From an uncultured Nitrososphaeraceae archaeon (GTDB lineage: Archaea; Thermoproteota; Nitrososphaeria; Nitrososphaerales; Nitrososphaeraceae), in contig CAVZZA010000005.1 in assembly GCA_963779615.1 (NCBI GenBank), forward strand, positions 815,688 through 879,687: a stretch of DNA of 64,000 bases, written 5' to 3'. Under the pieces are notes generated by a model. That model was not told where the DNA came from. It saw only the letters and a program-made list of their open reading frames with translations, and did not search any database. A program made the position numbers and the translations under genes. Within the stretch, counting starts at the first letter, position 1. Every line of letters starts with the position of its first letter. Positions 43,786 through 54,979 of this stretch are shown one piece after another.

Positions 43786-44766
43786 ATGCCAATGAGAATA
43801 ACCTATCACTATGTTTTAATAATAATAATAATGGTATCCGGATTTGCAGGCACAAGCAATGCTTTGGCGCAGGAAGATGCTGTTGAGATAGAAGACAAAC
43901 CCATCCCTTTTGATTCAGCTTTAACACAAACACAATCAACGTTTATTCATTCATGGTGGTTTGATGGCCTTTTGGTATCATCTGTAGCCATTGCTGGTTC
44001 CTTTGTTGTGTATTTTATCATCAATTACTTTCTTAAAAGGACCGCAGCGACCCTACGCTTGGATAAGGGAGACCTTAAGGGTATCCGCTCCATCATAAAA
44101 ATGATAATAATTGTCATAACCTTGATAATAATCCTTTTTCAGTTTTCATCAATCAACCCTGCCACCGCAGGGGCAATAAGTGTAATTGTGGGAACCGTTA
44201 TAGGATTTTCATCCAGGAATACCATCAGCAATGCAATTGCAGGCATAATTCTACTGTCAGCAAGACCATTTAAGATAGGCGACAGAATCAGCACCACACA
44301 GGATGATAGTCTGTTGGGAGATGTTGTCGAAATCTCACTCATATACACAAAGATAAAAACAGTCAGAAATGAACTCGTTACCATCCCTAACCAGTCATTG
44401 CTGCAAAATCGATTGGTGAATTACAGCGGCTTTGAGCATTTGGCAGTATCCATTGAAGTCAGCATACTTTATGGAAGTGACAAAGACAGGATAAAATCGT
44501 TGCTTGTGGAAGCTGCCTCCAACACAGTTGGCATACTCTCTGACAACCCCAAACCTTATGTCACCTTGAAAAGATTCGATAGTTTTGCAGCGGTATTTGA
44601 GTTGCGGGCCTACACAAAAAAATCCAATGAATTCCTGAGGATACAGTCAGACATTCGGGAAAGGGTGTTTGAATCATTTCAAAAGTCTGGGTTGGATTTG
44701 ACAATACCCCAAGCCCAAATCAATTTTGATAGCACAAATGACCATAAAAAGACGGAAGACAAGTGA
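43786..44766 (+). CDS. mscS: Small-conductance mechanosensitive channel
   Basis: IGFSSRNTISNAIAGIILLSARPFKIGDRI, GDVVEISLIYTKI, VTIPNQ. Confidence 0.92.
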   Translation: MPMRITYHYVLIIIIMVSGFAGTSNALAQEDAVEIEDKPIPFDSALTQTQSTFIHSWWFDGLLVSSVAIAGSFVVYFIINYFLKRTAATLRLDKGDLKGIRSIIKMIIIVITLIIILFQFSSINPATAGAISVIVGTVIGFSSRNTISNAIAGIILLSARPFKIGDRISTTQDDSLLGDVVEISLIYTKIKTVRNELVTIPNQSLLQNRLVNYSGFEHLAVSIEVSILYGSDKDRIKSLLVEAASNTVGILSDNPKPYVTLKRFDSFAAVFELRAYTKKSNEFLRIQSDIRERVFESFQKSGLDLTIPQAQINFDSTNDHKKTEDK

Positions 44767-45307
44767 GGGGATATAAATTAAATTTATTACGGCTTACCAA
44801 TAGCGTTACTAAATTGGGATACGTAATTGGCAAGATTTTTTGTTTCCGATCAGGATTTCTACTAGTAGTTTATATACATTTATATTTATTTCTTCAACTA
44901 GCATTGATTCATTTACTATTTATTTATTGTTGATGCAGTAGTATCATTGTTGTTGTGTGGTTTATTGTTTGAAATTAATAAGGGAATTAAACTTTGAGTT
45001 TTCTTTAAATGTTATTGTGGTCTTAACATCTGGATTGGAGAGATGTTTATTCTCATCGGCAATAACAATAGTGTTACTACATGTAATAATAATACTAATT
45101 TAAAACACGGCTTTCAAAGTTTACATCAATCGATTCCGAATCAATTCAAAAAAAACAAGCAATGTACAAAATAAAGATCTGAAACATCTTTTATCATCAT
45201 TTTTTTTAAAATCTGTTATTCAGTTAACAAAAACAGTTAATCAAAATTAAAGCCATATGTGTCCTCACATTTACCAATTATTCATTCTTTAATAATGCTT
45301 ACTATCT

Positions 45308-45688
45308 TTACCAATTAAACCTTCTAAGGGTTTGATTGATTGCAATTCTTACAGAGAGAACAGCAACAAAGAAAATAAAATTATTGGTGCTTTGTGACAC
45401 ATGATGATCAGCATTTGTGGTGACTAATGCAAAGATGCCCATTTTTAAAACGGCATTAGCGGATTCTAGCTCCAATGCCAAAAGCAGACCTTTGATAAAA
45501 TTCTTTATGATGATGTTGTTGCCTTTTGTTTTTTTGCCTGCTTTTATTGTTAATCTTAATGCGGGCAATACTGTTTGAAGAGCAGAGACACCAATCACTA
45601 CTACCACCAATAAATCAATGGTTTTTGTTATTATGTACATGGTGTATTGAGCGTCAAAAAGATCAGCAAAAAGCAGTATAATACTCAC
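45308..45688 (-). CDS. DUF1622-like small membrane protein (divergent)
   Basis: KGLLLALELESANAVLK...VAVLSVRIAINQTL resembles the neighbouring DUF1622 protein. Confidence 0.65.
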   Translation of the reverse strand: MSIILLFADLFDAQYTMYIITKTIDLLVVVVIGVSALQTVLPALRLTIKAGKKTKGNNIIIKNFIKGLLLALELESANAVLKMGIFALVTTNADHHVSQSTNNFIFFVAVLSVRIAINQTLRRFNW

Positions 45689-45740
45689 AGTTTGCTACTC
45701 CTTTATCTTATTCAGTATATGCGGATATATGGATGGTATT

Positions 45741-46181
45741 TCAAGGTTGGTTTTGACCACCCATTGATGCCCTGCCCGCGTCCTTCAGGTCATCATTATG
45801 CCTATCAATTTCCTTTGACAGAGACCAGCTTAACACTATTCTTATGCTCACTATGACTGCGAGTATTGCCAATTCATTAAATGACGGCACTAGAATTGTT
45901 TTCAATATGTCACTTCCAACCTCAAAGTCCAGTGCAAGAAGCATGCCTCTTGCCAAACGCAACCTTATGGTTTCCTTGGCTTGTGTTTGCTCTTTGGTTG
46001 ACTTGGTTAATATCCTCAAGAATGAAACTAGTCCAACAAGTGCAGAAATCCCGATGATTAAGCCTGCTGCAACATCTATTCCAAAAGTAATGATATTAAC
46101 AAATGGCCCAAGGATGGACTCTAAATATTGTCCAAAAATTACCAGCTCTTCTTGAAATCCGGAAGTTGCTTCTACAGTCAT
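45741..46181 (-). CDS. DUF1622 membrane protein
   Basis: IRLRLARGMLLALDFEVGSDILKTILVPSFNELAILAVIVSIRIVLSWSLSKEI. Confidence 0.88.
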   Translation of the reverse strand: MTVEATSGFQEELVIFGQYLESILGPFVNIITFGIDVAAGLIIGISALVGLVSFLRILTKSTKEQTQAKETIRLRLARGMLLALDFEVGSDILKTILVPSFNELAILAVIVSIRIVLSWSLSKEIDRHNDDLKDAGRASMGGQNQP

Positions 46182-46535
46182 TCTTTTATTTCAGATTTCC
46201 TAATACATTTATGCTTTCTTACGCCGGTTTGCAGAAATAGGGTTTTGTACTTCCAGAAGTGTGATTAATGAACCCAAGTAATAAAGATCATCTTGTGAAA
46301 AACAGCATAGAAAAAACAGGCAACAAACACAATGCCTTGTAAAACAGTTATCTCTTTCTTTTTACAACATCATGTAAAAGATAAAATGTGTATTAATGTA
46401 AAAATTTTCACGTTTACACCAAACCTGATTGAATTATCGTTGTAACGAATAGATAATCAATATCAAAGTTTTAACCTATTGATTCAAATCAATTCAAATT
46501 AAATAGTCAAGGAATATAACATAACTTGATCGTCA

Positions 46536-48153
46536 TTAAATCTCTTGGTTCTCTTTTGTATTTGTGTCACTTTTGTTTAAACCGAGTAAAACAGATACCA
46601 TATGGATGTCAAAAAAGTCAGATAAATGAGGATAGTTGTTGTATAGGTATGTTTTAAAATCCATGATAAGGGTCAAAGTCTCGGCTTGAAACTGCCTTCT
46701 GAATGATTCTATTGGAATCATGACCTGATTGGCACACCATTTGGTCATGTGTTTAAATTCACTAACTTTGTCAGATTCAAGAAGAATTTTGCTTGACGAT
46801 ATAAATTCTTTGACAAAATGCTTTGTTACTGTAATCTGTTGTGATTTTGGTGTTTCACTCTCAAGGATTAGCGATAACTCTGAAAGAATACAATCACCAA
46901 ACTTTTCTTCTTTAGGATGAATTATCACCAAAGTTGGGGCGGCAGCATCATAATTTGATGCTTTACCATCTAGATTAGTTTGTATTGTAAACGGCATACC
47001 TAAAAATTCTTTAGATTTTGAAACATACCTGAAAATACTAAACAGACCGGTAATGCATGATTTAACCACATCTGTATCAGACGAATTTAGCGATTTTACT
47101 GCAAGGCTTCTTAGTAGCTCTATTCCATATGTGGGGTCCTTGGAAATATCTCGATCTTTACTTATATCAATATATGAAAAAATCCTTTGCTTGTATGATT
47201 CATCAGGATTGGATTTATTGTGGTATTTGACATAGTTATTACCATCATCAGCACCAAGTTTCTCGTTTTTTATACATCCATCTTTATCATCTGCATAAAT
47301 TGTGGCAATCAATTCATCTTTTTCAACCCAATCACCAAGTGATTTGTACCACTCCATCCAAAGAATATCCTTTTTATGCATCTTTGAGAAACTTTGCAAG
47401 GTATGATATATTTTCTCTGAGTCTATAGACCTGCAAATTCCTTTTTTTTCTGATCTTATCTCAAGCAACAACATAGTTTCAGGCTGTTTTCCATGGATAA
47501 AGAATTGGCCATCATATTCCTTTCGGTTTTCAAAATGCCTTATAGAACGAATTATTTGTTCAAGAATTCTTGAGACAAGGGCATTAGGCTTAAGGTATGA
47601 GCTAAGATTGTTTAAAAAAACTACAAAGATGAATAACGATATTATGGCAAGGAATACCGCCACGTTGACTCCAATTATAGGCGTAAATGTGATATCTCCC
47701 AAATCATTGCCATCACCAGTTCTGACTGTCTTGAGTACTAATAAAGAGTAACAAAACGACAGAAATAAACCACGCTAATGTCAGCTGATTCAATTTGTCG
47801 TCTTCAAATCTGTTTACTATGTGTGATGTATATTTTGTGGATGACAGTTGCAATGTAATAAGTGTGACTGAAAAGGTAACTCCCAGAATTGTAGCCCATC
47901 CTCCAGCAATAGCAGAGAGTATGCTTCTAGAGGCATCAGCACTCCCTGTAAATATTAATGAATCAAGGTATGGAAAATTAAAGTTAGATTGTCCATGAAA
48001 TGTCTCATCAAGCCGTGATGTAATCAGAAATAAGAATAAAGAGCCCATGGAAAACAATATAGGATAATAGAGAAGAGACTGCTCGAATAGCATCAATTTG
48101 CTTAATAATACGCCTTTGAGTAAAAAAACAGGACCACCCTGCACAACATTCAA
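46536..48153 (-). CDS. DUF2254 predicted membrane protein, frameshifted near 47750
   Basis: ASRSILSAIAGGWATILGVTFSVTLITLQLSSTKYT, FVVFLNNL, RDISKDPTYGIELLRSLAVKSL. Confidence 0.75.
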
Positions 48154-48482
48154 AAAATATAGTGTATTTATAAGGTTATATCCGGAAAACTTACCACATT
48201 AACAAAATGACCATTATTTTGAGAATCGGGCAAACAAATAAAAATAGTTCAAAAAACATAACCTAAAGTATTAGGTTTAGCAGTGGTCCGTTTTGTAAAA
48301 ATGTCAAATTAGGATCGCTAATTATGAAAACCTATATTAATATGATTTAATAGTCTTTTTTGCAAATTAGTTTAATTGCATTTTCTTTATCGTCTTTACT
48401 TTCATTTAATATGGCATAAGGTCCAATCTTATTTCATTGATTTAATACTACCGTTAATTTAAGGACTGACTATTTTGGATTA

Positions 48483-49436
48483 TTATTTTCTTGCAAACGG
48501 TATTGTGGAAGCTTCCTTTATGAGATGTAAAATAGGTATAACCCTGATAAATAACAACAAAAATGGTATCGCAGCCACAGAGATACTTGTTGCAAACAAA
48601 ACCCTTATCATAAATGTGTTATAGTCTCCATAGTTTGAAATGGATGAAACAAGTCCAATAAATGTAATTATGGGAATTGCTGATGCAAGCAGTTCATAGG
48701 AGAGATCTGTTAGCATATTGCGTATGTATATCTTATAACAAATGCTTTTTAATAGATGAAGTTTTCGGAAAGATTGATAAAATTCTTTTGTATTTTCATT
48801 TTCTGCGTAACCATTAAATCTCATTTTTTGGATATATTTTGTAGTGGATATCGTTAACAAATTATAAACACTTTTGGTTTTATTGTAAGTTGATAACTTT
48901 GAATCGCATTCTTCAAACACATTAGTACAAATGTATCTGAACTCGTCTTCTCCTTCTCCTTCTTTGGATAATCTATCACGATTAAGATAAGATTTTGCCT
49001 TGTCTTTTATGACAATCATGATACTTTTCATAGCGTTTGAATAGTATAGAGAAGCATCCTCAAGTGGGTTGTTTTTATTCCTATTATCTTTTTTATAATT
49101 AGAGTTCTCCATTGCGCCTTCATTTTCTACCTCACTCTTCCTTTTTTCGAAAATTGGATCAAGCAAATTTCGGATATTGTCTAACTGAGTGTTCATGCTC
49201 TTTATCCCAGTTGGCATATTCTTTAACTGATTTTGAATGGCCATGGTATTGAAGGATACCACGACTGCGAGAAGGGTTCCTAGTGCCGATATATAGTATC
49301 TCAAAGTGGTTGAAAATGAATTAAAGTTTGTGGGAGATATTATATAATAATAGACAATAAAAAGCATTATTTCAATTATTGCTAAAAGAGCATAATGCCA
49401 TTTTGTAACTAGGATATTGAGAAAGAATTGTCTCAC
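48483..49436 (-). CDS. Hypothetical membrane protein (four TM helices around a soluble domain)
   Basis: 317-aa ORF with two N-terminal and two C-terminal hydrophobic helices. Confidence 0.65.
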   Translation of the reverse strand: MRQFFLNILVTKWHYALLAIIEIMLFIVYYYIISPTNFNSFSTTLRYYISALGTLLAVVVSFNTMAIQNQLKNMPTGIKSMNTQLDNIRNLLDPIFEKRKSEVENEGAMENSNYKKDNRNKNNPLEDASLYYSNAMKSIMIVIKDKAKSYLNRDRLSKEGEGEDEFRYICTNVFEECDSKLSTYNKTKSVYNLLTISTTKYIQKMRFNGYAENENTKEFYQSFRKLHLLKSICYKIYIRNMLTDLSYELLASAIPIITFIGLVSSISNYGDYNTFMIRVLFATSISVAAIPFLLLFIRVIPILHLIKEASTIPFARK

Positions 49437-49952
49437 TTATTTATTACACGTGATACAAAGTATTATAGTCTTTAAGCTGGTTATGTCCCGATATACCTTA
49501 AAATTTTTAATATGTCGATTTACAAAAAAAGTAGCCATTTTATGAGAGGGTTCAGGAATTTGCAATAGATTTTATGATTACATTATAGAATTTATTGGCA
49601 TGAATGGTGGCAATAATGAAATGTAAAACAATTGGGTCAACCTAATTTGTTGGCTATTGCACTATAATACAACCGTCAAACTAATGATATATGGTTTTTT
49701 GCTACAATGAATGTTGATATCTAGGAATATGTAATACCTATTGCAAAACAAGTATCAAAGACCACATGGCCGATATATACCTCTGAAACATGGTAACCAT
49801 CTTTTCATGCAAAGTAACACTTGTTTTGGGTTATCTCATAGTGGAGAAAACAATTGACGCAATTGCAATAATAGTAATATCTTATCGAAGTTCTTGGAAA
49901 ACATTTTGTATTCTCAAATTGTGTTAGAATGATAAATCACATCAGTGTTTGT

Positions 49953-50860
49953 TTATTTTAGGAATTCTTGCTGGATCAAATCGGTGTTTACCCCTACGGC
50001 CGCCCGGCTTCCTTGGGCTGCCGCATAAATCAATTGAGATGGGGCAATTACTGATGCGTCTCCTGCTGCATACACTCCCTGAATATTTGTCCTGCCAGAA
50101 GAGTCCGTGGCAATGCCACCCATCAGGTTATTTTCGCAACCCCGTTGTTTACCAAAACCAGTTGATTGAATCAATTGTGGCAGAACAAAACCGTCTTTTC
50201 TTGACATTGTTTCTCCGTTTTCAAACACCATCTGTTCCATCAGCCCATCCTGTCCAACAAGGCTTTTGATTCTCTGTTCCATGATTTTGATTCCGTTGTT
50301 TTGGAGTAAATGCTTTTGCTCATAATCCAAAATCACTTTACCATTGGTATATACAACCAAGTCTTTGCTCCAGTTGTAGACTGTTTGTACATAATGAATA
50401 ACATGTTTTTGATCTTCTATGATAACAACCAAAGGCCTGTCTCTTAGTTCCCATCGTCATAGTAGGGGCAGTTAAACAGACTTTTACAGTAAAACTTGGA
50501 AATGTTATCTATATCCGGTAATATATCTTTCAATCCTGTGGATATAATGATTGTTTTGGATTTGTGTTTTTCACCATCAGATGTTATTAAATCAAATGAC
50601 GTTTCGTTTTTGGTTACTGAAGTTACTTTATCATTCTTAAATTCAATGGAAGGGTATCTGCTTAGTTCATCATGGGCAATCTGTCTAAACTCACCAGGGT
50701 TTGTTCCATCCCTTGTGACAAATCCATGGGATTCGTGTGTAACGGCATTCCTGGGTTTGTTGTTGTCAAACAAAATGATGTTTCGCATTGCCCTGCCCAA
50801 TACCAGTGCAGCACTCAGGCCAGCAGGACCCCCACCAATTATTGCACTGTCAAGCAACAT
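49953..50860 (-). pseudogene. Thioredoxin reductase-like NAD(P)/FAD oxidoreductase, disrupted
   Basis: IIGGGPAGLSAALVLGR, RNAVTHESHGF, GVYAAGD; CPYC changed to CPYY with a frameshift at about 50455. Confidence 0.88.
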
Positions 50861-51766
50861 GCCAATTAATCAATATTGCATTACTTAATCTTTATCCGGT
50901 ATTGCTTTACCAGGGTTACGCGTTACAAACAATTTTGCCATTGATAAAGAGTGAAGGCAGCAATGTTTGACCGTTTTTGGCAGGGTCAAGATTAAGTTTG
51001 GGAACAATGATGGCATTAATGGGAGTTCCCTGTCATTAGTTTGGATAGTTTTTCTTTTGATGATTGATGGACTTTAACTTGTACTCAAAGGACTGAAACC
51101 TTCTTTTGGCCTTGCAGAAAGAGGACCTCTGAATTGGACAGAAGGGAAATATTGTATGCACATGAAAAAAAGTATCGTGCTTAAGCCTGACAGACTATTC
51201 CTTTTTAGGACATGGACAGCATAATTGTCGTTCCAGATCACCAATTCCGCATTGCCGTAAAAACCATAATTTCATACACTCTTTAAATAGAAGACACGCT
51301 GAATGAGAAGGCGAATTAGTATGCCAAGATAGTGGCTCATCTTTAGAATAGTGAACCTTCAGTGTTTAAGGAATGCAGGAATTATGCATTGTTTTGGAAC
51401 ATGACACAGACAAAGTATTTGGTCCCATAATGCTATTTTCACTCATTCAACTTGCAAAAAATGATGACTGTCTATATGGAGTTGGCTAATGGGGATTTGG
51501 GCCTCCTTGAGTGTCTTTACACCCAGATAAAGTGAGAGGGCCTTGGCCACCAACAGGGACATCCACAGGATTATAGGGGCGACGGTGGAATGAAGGAATC
51601 TGGACCAAACTCTCCTTAGCCTGCCAGCGAAATTGGAAGACTACACCTCATCGAGCTTTACCTCAAAAAATATGTTGATGAACCAGCAAAAAAGAAGGTA
51701 ACTATGACGCGATGCATTTGAGTTTGTAAAAACAACAATGTGCTTAAGTATCATAATCAATGGTAA

Positions 51767-53413
51767 TTGCCAATGAGTAATGGATTATTACTTAGGATAA
51801 CATACTTTTCAGTACTGTTTCTGATATTAAGCCTTGTCGCAACACCGCTATCCATGTCAAACGCAATCTTTAAGACAGCATTAGCGCAACAACCCACAAA
51901 TACGGAAAACGCTACGGCTCCTCCCACACAACAGAACAACTCTCTGACCGAACCCGGAGAAATGGACCAAGGTGCTCTAAGGGATTTGGCCACTGCCATA
52001 AGAGAACCATCATCTGCATTGGAAATCAAGATGGCACAGCTTGGCACATCAAACAAAACAGAAGATATTGCCACACTGGCATACATTTGGGGATATTCGC
52101 TCATATCCATGGAAAGAAGTTTTAATTGGTTTACAACTCCAAACAACCCAACAGGCCCTGGCCATGGACCGGCCAATCACCTAAACTGCAACAGAGAAAC
52201 CATCAACTCCAATGACACTGATGTTGTACTGCCAAATGCTGATACCCTATACTGCGTATCATGGCTGGATTTGTCCAAGGAACCCGTAGTTCTCAAGGTA
52301 CCTCCAATTCCTGATAGATACTACACATTTGAATTCTTGGATGCGTACACAAACGTATTCGATTATGTTGGAACGCGTGCAACAGGCTCTGATGGTGGAA
52401 CGTATCTCATCGCTGGTCCCGAATGGCATGGGGACCTGCCGAAAGGGATGATAAAAATATGGTCCCCAACTGACCTGGCTTGGATTCTTCAAAGAACACT
52501 GCTTAAAGGACAAGATGACATCAACAATGTTCGCGCAATCCAGGACCAGATGAGCGTGACACCCCTTTCAGCATTCCAGGGTACAAAACCTACTGCAACA
52601 ACACTACAAGCAACAACAAACACATCGGAAACTACAATGTCCAGCGGGCATCAATTTGTACCTGCAGAACATGCGCAAAATCCTGTATCGCCAAAACCGC
52701 CATTTATACCCACCACTGGAATCAAGATATTTGATGAAATTGGCACTGCAATGAGTGGCAATTCACTCAATCCTCCAGAGCCTGCACTTGTAGACAAATT
52801 TGCATCCATAGGCGTCGGGATAGGCAAAACACCATCTACTCAAGCCAATGACACAACAAAAGCAGCCATGCAGACTGCGATAACAGAGGGCGAAAAGCTG
52901 ATAGCCAAGCAAGTGCCTAACTTGGGAACACAAATAAACGGGTGGCGAGTCACGAGCACAGGACTGTACGGGACTGACTACCTTTTCCGTGCAGCAGTCG
53001 CAAAACTTGGACTTGGGGCAAACATAGGCCAGGAGGCCATCTATCCGCCTGCATTCACAGACAGTGAAGGAAGGTCACTAACCGGTAATAACATCTATGT
53101 GATTCACTTTAACCCCGGCCAGCAACCACCAGTGGACGGCTTTTGGTCCATCTCGATGTACAACAACGCTTCCTACTTCGTGGACAATCCCATCAATCGC
53201 TATCAGGTAAGCCCATACACCGGACTAAAGAACAACACGGATGGCTCACTTGACATCTACATACAGAATAAAAGTCCCGGACCGGAGAAAGAATCCAACT
53301 GGTTGCCTGCCCCAACTGACGGATTCAAGCTGACACTACGCTTGTATTTGCCGCAATCACCGATTCTCAACGGAACATGGCCTTTGCCTTTGATTGAGCG
53401 TACCACTGGATAA
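51767..53413 (+). CDS. Secreted DUF1254/DUF1214 protein
   Basis: AYIWGYSL, VVLPNADTLY...WLDLSKEPVVL, FDYVGTRATG, PPVDGFWSISMY, NWLPAP, LRLYLP. Confidence 0.9.
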   Translation: MPMSNGLLLRITYFSVLFLILSLVATPLSMSNAIFKTALAQQPTNTENATAPPTQQNNSLTEPGEMDQGALRDLATAIREPSSALEIKMAQLGTSNKTEDIATLAYIWGYSLISMERSFNWFTTPNNPTGPGHGPANHLNCNRETINSNDTDVVLPNADTLYCVSWLDLSKEPVVLKVPPIPDRYYTFEFLDAYTNVFDYVGTRATGSDGGTYLIAGPEWHGDLPKGMIKIWSPTDLAWILQRTLLKGQDDINNVRAIQDQMSVTPLSAFQGTKPTATTLQATTNTSETTMSSGHQFVPAEHAQNPVSPKPPFIPTTGIKIFDEIGTAMSGNSLNPPEPALVDKFASIGVGIGKTPSTQANDTTKAAMQTAITEGEKLIAKQVPNLGTQINGWRVTSTGLYGTDYLFRAAVAKLGLGANIGQEAIYPPAFTDSEGRSLTGNNIYVIHFNPGQQPPVDGFWSISMYNNASYFVDNPINRYQVSPYTGLKNNTDGSLDIYIQNKSPGPEKESNWLPAPTDGFKLTLRLYLPQSPILNGTWPLPLIERTTG

Positions 53414-53516
53414 ACAGACTGGTTGGGGCAAGAGGCACCACTTGACCCAGATGGTTGTACCACAGAACTTGGGCACCCCATTTCCTTCATTTTTTTTATT
53501 CGGTTTTAACTATGAA

Positions 53517-53710
53517 TTTATTCCTCAGTCCACATTGGCAATAGTTGGAACTGAAGATGCATGCACTCCAGCAGTAGCTAATTCATTAACGCTAGCGCAA
53601 AGGATTACAGCCGCGTGGTTGGTCCAGACAAGGGGTGTGGAACAGGGATTGATGTGCCGTTATCCAGGGATTCACAGATGTGGTAATGACATTCTTGAAG
53701 GTCGATCCAT
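53517..53710 (+). pseudogene. Alpha/beta hydrolase C-terminal fragment
   Basis: IPQSTLAIVGTEDACTP...AWLVQTRGVEQGLMCRYP aligns with the C-terminus of 20196-21068. Confidence 0.65.
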
Positions 53711-53869
53711 AAATAAATCAACAAAACAAAAAAAATTTTTTGTAAATAGGTGCTTTGTGCATACTAAAATTAAATTTGTTGCCCTCCATCAAAAACAACA
53801 CAAAAAACGACATATTAAGAGGAGTCAGCAATCAGGTCAACAAACTATCCATTCAAAGCACATAAAAGA

Positions 53870-53945
53870 TGCAGAGAACAGGATTTGAACCCTCGACCCT
53901 CGCTCTGAGGGGGCGATTTGCTCAACCTGACCACACCACCGGAGT
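53870..53945 (-). pseudogene. Decayed tRNA-Glu(CTC)-like sequence
   Basis: ACTCCGGTGGTGTGGTCAGG...TCGCC-CCCTCAG-AGCGA...GGGTTCAAATCC; tRNA length, but the acceptor stem does not pair and U33 is C. Confidence 0.6.
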
Positions 53946-54089
53946 TTTCATTTTTGTTTCCGGAGAATTCAAAGCAATAGGAATCAAGAGTAAGGACGGA
54001 TAATCGGTGAGGCGGCTCATTTAATTCAACTGTCATCTTGGATATTTATACAAAAGAATAGGGGCCTAAAAAAGCGTTCATTATTGTAG

Positions 54090-54189
54090 CGGGCCCGGAG
54101 GGATTTGAACCCTCGACCTGACGCTTAGGAGGCGTCCGCGCTATCCATTTTACGCCCCTTTTAAATTCAAAGGTCTGCGCTACGAGCCC
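54090..54189 (-). tRNA. tRNA-Arg(CCT) with a 25-nt non-canonical intron in the D-loop (about 15/16; 54150-54174)
   Basis: Acceptor GGGCTCG/CGGGCCC, anticodon arm GACGC-CTCCTAA-GCGTC, T-arm GAGGG-TTCAAAT-CCCTC; insert ACCTTTGAATTTAAAAGGGGCGTAA forms a relaxed bulge-helix-bulge. Confidence 0.92.
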
Positions 54190-54379
54190 TAGATAAACTA
54201 AATATTATCTACCTTTATTTTTTTGTATTAACCACTTATTAACCCAACAATTACTACCAAGTTTAGTTACTGTTGATTGACCTAAAATAGCATTGGATGC
54301 TTGAACAGCCTGTTTAAGGATAAGGAAAAATAAGCATTATGAAAAAAGATAACAACAATGATAAAAAAACACTAACAAA

Positions 54380-54979
54380 CTAGGCAGAATGTGAAGACTC
54401 CTTATTCCCATCCTTATTAATAATCAACAAATCAATACCATCCCCACTTGCCGAATCTCTCTGTATCGAAGATCGAATAGCCCTTAACGCAAGAGAAGTT
54501 GCCTTCTCCTCATCAAGATTTTCAGAATAGTCAGCATCCATTACTCCCAAAGCCATCTCTGCACCCGTGCCGACAGCTGCATATTTATCAGGCAAAACAG
54601 ATCCTAATGGGTCCAAGGTATAGATCTCAGGCTTATCTGTCGTAATACCTCCAACTATCACCTGAGTCAATAATGGAAAATACCTTCTTTCAAACATGAT
54701 AACAGACATTAATTTTGCAATGGAATTGGGTTGGACATCCCGTCGAATTTCCAATCGCCTGATTTTGGACAATGCGCTTACTTGGCGTACAAGCACCTGC
54801 ATGTCTGCAACCATTCCTGCACATGCAGCACCCACATGATCAGTAACAGCAAATGTTTTTTTAGTGTTTTTATTAACTACAAAATTGCCATATGAAACTC
54901 TTTTTTCAGAAGCCAACAACACACCATTATCATAAGTAATACCAACTGCCGTTGCTCCGGGCATAAATTGAAAAGCCAT
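54380..54979 (-). CDS. psmB: 20S proteasome beta subunit (probably the non-catalytic paralog)
   Basis: GATAVGI...ASEKRVS, GMVADMQ, DPLGS, AVGTGAEMALG, RDSASGDG. Confidence 0.93.
   Translation of the reverse strand: MAFQFMPGATAVGITYDNGVLLASEKRVSYGNFVVNKNTKKTFAVTDHVGAACAGMVADMQVLVRQVSALSKIRRLEIRRDVQPNSIAKLMSVIMFERRYFPLLTQVIVGGITTDKPEIYTLDPLGSVLPDKYAAVGTGAEMALGVMDADYSENLDEEKATSLALRAIRSSIQRDSASGDGIDLLIINKDGNKESSHSA

Noticed and set aside
51000-51720. Coding-like intergenic sequence upstream of the DUF1254 gene
   Set aside because: The frames I translated contain multiple stops and match no family I recognise
53900-53916. TCA in the pseudo-tRNA loop as a Sec or opal-suppressor anticodon
   Set aside because: Centring TCA breaks the anticodon stem; there is no long variable arm and the acceptor stem is unpaired
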